From Pocillopora damicornis (taxonomy: Eukaryota): a DNA stretch of 64,000 bases. Shown in pieces: positions 61,677 through 64,000 of the stretch. The number at the start of each line of letters is the position of its first letter. The stretch's first letter is position 1. The DNA lies in assembly GCF_003704095.1 (NCBI RefSeq), contig NW_020847344.1, positions 355,696 through 419,695 on the forward strand, written 5' to 3'. The position numbers and the translations under genes were made by a program. The notes under the pieces are model-generated. The model saw only the letters and a program-made list of their open reading frames with translations. It had not been told where the DNA came from and did no database searches.

Positions 61677-62625
61677 AACTAAAAGGTCAAGGTTCATTAT
61701 TATTTTTACTTCAAAGGGCTTAGATGATCTAGTGTGCCGTGATGGGTTTCCTAAGTCATGCCACCTTCACGAACGATCAGATTCAAAACTAGAATCAATC
61801 GCGACTTGTTTCCATTCCTTTCACCCAGCTACAGGTAGTTGGTTAGTTGTTGCTTCCAGTCATTTGGATTACTTCTGGTTATTGCTTTTCGACAGCGCCC
61901 TAAGATTCGTGTATTGCAAGCTACCACATTTTAATCGAAAAAAATTTTAATCGCTCAGTTATACCTTAATATTAGTCTTTTTACTTTAAACAGTTCCCAG
62001 TTTAGAATATAAGCTGAGTTTTTCAATAGAAAACTGTCACGACGTTGAAAATGATTTTTTTAGTGCTAGTAATAGGTGAGGATGCTTTGATATCTTAAGA
62101 TTTTATGATATGTATCTTATACTTAGAGGTGGAGTGGAAAATATAGCTGAAAACCGACCAGAGTAATTTTATTTAAATCTGTATAAATACGTTTTCAAAA
62201 GGATTGGGTATGAGAAAGAAAAAAGCTAACAACTATTTTCCCTCTGAAACGCTAAATTCTTTGGACAGATGCAGTCACCCAGATAAAAAGAGAATTACTA
62301 ATTAAGTCCTCAAGACAGTTTGAAAAATTTACTTCTGGTCTACTTGCTCTGATTTTGGTTATTTAAAAACAAAGCTGACATTTTAGAAGTGATGGAACAC
62401 TTAAAAACATTTGAACAGATGACACTGAAATACAAACTGGCAAAAAAATTACAGGCAACGTAGCTTTATACATTTGAAATCAATACTGAAAGGGCTGGTG
62501 TACTCACGAACATGGAAAGCAGAGTATTCTTTGACTATTATATGTTTGATTATTATTAAAAGTAAATTACTAATTTCAAAGTCTCGGGCACCGCTGCGGA
62601 GCCTTTCGGGTATACAATGTGACTG

Positions 62626-63539
62626 TCACGTGGGGGCAAGAAATTCTGACAGTAAGCTTCCCTTCCGGGAGAGTAGAGCATTTGGACTATCCATTTCCAC
62701 AATCCTCCCTTGTTCCATAACAACAACGCGGTCGTGGTGCAGAATTGTTTCCAGTCCAATAGGTCCATACGCAACCGTGATCACTGAAGAATTGGCAAAC
62801 TGGTTCTTGACAACACTATGGATTATGCGCAATGTGGTGAAGTCGACGCCTGAGACAACTCCATCAAAAATCACGATTTTCTTCTTCTGTAGTATTGCAC
62901 GAGCGAGAGACAACAACAGCAGCCGAGAATTGGAGAAGTTCACAGACTGTGTCATCATGTAGTCTAGCCCCCCAGGCAGTCCTTTCACATATTCTTTCAT
63001 TGTCACGGTATCCAAAACGTTCCACAACTCTTCGTCTTCATGTTTCTCTTCCGGGTCAAGGTTTTTTCGTATTGAAGCCGTAAAAATGAATGGTGTTTGC
63101 TGAAGTGTGCAGAAAGCTTTCCTCGCTTCTCGGAGACTAATCGTTGCTAGTGAAATATCATCGACCCATACCTCCTGTTGGGATCCTTTTGACAGAAGCA
63201 TAAGTTTAGAAGCAAAGGAGATCGTCTTTGCGTTTTTTTGGCCTATGATACAAACTTTCTCTCTTGGCTCAATGCTTAAAGACAACGTTTCAAATGATAC
63301 CCGTCGACGACCGTAGGTGTGAGACAATAAGGAATCGCTGATACACACGGCGCCCTCCTTCGGCCAATCTTCGGGTGGCTTCGTGTCATTCTGGTGACTA
63401 GACTCGGAGCGCATGTCATGGAAACTCATCAATCGGGCCGCTGAAGTCATGTCCTGTTCTATGTTTTTGACGAGAAATGGAATAATAGCAATTCCTACAA
63501 CAAGCTGTCTGACAAATGTCAACGACAGAGCGACAAAAG
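62626..63539 (-). CDS. C-terminal exon of an ABCC/MRP-type ABC transporter (last TM segment + NBD2 + stop); gene continues upstream beyond the window end
   Basis: The ORF translates …AFVALSLTFVRQLVVGIAIIPFLVKNIEQDMTSAARLMSFHDMRSESSHQNDTKPPEDWPKEGAVCISDSLLSHTYGRRRVSFETLSLSIEPREKVCIIGQKNAKTISFASKLMLLSKGSQQEVWVDDISLATISLREARKAFCTLQQTPFIFTASIRKNLDPEEKHEDEELWNVLDTVTMKEYVKGLPGGLDYMMTQSVNFSNSRLLLLSLARAILQKKKIVIFDGVVSGVDFTTLRIIHSVVKNQFANSSVITVAYGPIGLETILHHDRVVVMEQGRIVEMDSPNALLSRKGSLLSEFLAPT*. It aligns over its whole length with MRP1 NBD2 (…[22 protein letters not shown]…[90 protein letters not shown]…[40 protein letters not shown]…). The likely acceptor is ttttttctttttcag| at ~63539. The ORF-track start at 63600 is a TTG, not an ATG. 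Confidence 0.7.
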
Positions 63540-64000
63540 CTGAAAAAGAAAAAATTCGTTCCTGGTCAGCCAGCACTATGTATGTTGGTAAGTGCTTCAA
63601 AGAAGTTAGTTACTCAATACTGTACCTTCAAGCCCTAGCTGGGGTAAGCTGGTTTTGCCTCAACGATTCCCTTCAATTTTTCCCGGACAAAAACTAAAAG
63701 TAACTTAGTCACATCTGACAAAATGTTTGCAAATAAGCTGGAGAATTAGCTACAAATGCTTCGGTTCCAGTGGAGAGGGGGGGCAACAGTTCTTCAATGT
63801 AACCCCATCTAATATCTCCTTAATACCACTAAAATATTCCTGACGGAAGGCGGTCATATCTACCGGGTTCCATTAGAGTCCGTTAACTTTCAGAAGTCAA
63901 GTTGGGATGCAAGTTAAGCAAAACTTCGACGTAGTCATTTAGGAGTTATTTAGTTTCATTTATCAGTCAATCATGACTTACACTTACTGTTGTTGCTTGT

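Noticed and set aside
62474-62962. 162-aa plus-strand ORF and 72-aa minus ORF at 62556-62774 overlapping the ABCC terminal exon
   Set aside because: They are antisense or alternate-frame readings of the strongly homologous ABCC NBD2 exon. They have no homology of their own.
1-64000. Prokaryote-style features (operons, CRISPR arrays, RBS, rho-independent terminators)
   Set aside because: The sequence is clearly eukaryotic, with spliced orthologues of metazoan genes, so these categories do not apply. No direct-repeat/spacer array was seen.

Overview
This is eukaryotic (metazoan, probably invertebrate) nuclear DNA, not prokaryotic. It has spliced genes with GT-AG introns, AT-rich intergenic and intronic DNA, SINE- and MITE-like interspersed repeats, and no operons or CRISPR arrays. 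The ORF track also reports TTG, CTG and GTG starts as 'M', so most of its ORF starts are not real ATGs. The left 13.7 kb holds no convincing coding sequence, only putative regulatory motifs, a palindromic element and simple repeats. From about 13.7 kb to the right end the window is gene dense, and I built splice-phase-consistent models for nine genes by hand translation. (1) An FBXL/SKP2-like cysteine-containing LRR protein on the minus strand, 13756-16096. (2) DCLRE1A/SNM1A, an interstrand-crosslink-repair nuclease, plus strand, 10 exons, 16380-21505. (3) A cyclin J orthologue, minus strand, 23575-25783. (4) Major vault protein, plus strand, 30 exons, 26150-37535. (5) An intronless SoxE-like HMG-box transcription factor, plus strand, 40375-41724. 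(6) A roughly 968-aa unidentified protein, minus strand, 46591-53547, with a 1.6-kb first coding exon. (7) ROMO1, minus strand, 2 exons, 57037-57917. (8) DUSP11/PIR1-like RNA phosphatase, plus strand, 10 exons, 58215-61676. (9) The C-terminal exon of an ABCC/MRP-type ABC transporter, minus strand, 62626-63539 and continuing past the window. Three of these form head-to-head pairs with start codons only about 280-370 bp apart: FBXL<>DCLRE1A, CCNJ<>MVP and ROMO1<>DUSP11. The strongest lead is the ABCC NBD2, which keeps an intact ORF although Walker A, the signature motif, the Walker B glutamate and the H-loop histidine are all degenerate. A dispersed repeat family carries E2F-like (TTTCCCGCGC) and NF-Y (CTGATTGGCT) sites into introns, and a Tc1/mariner MITE with a TA duplication and a palindromic CArG pair in a shared promoter were also noted. 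All coordinates were derived by hand and may be off by a few bp.
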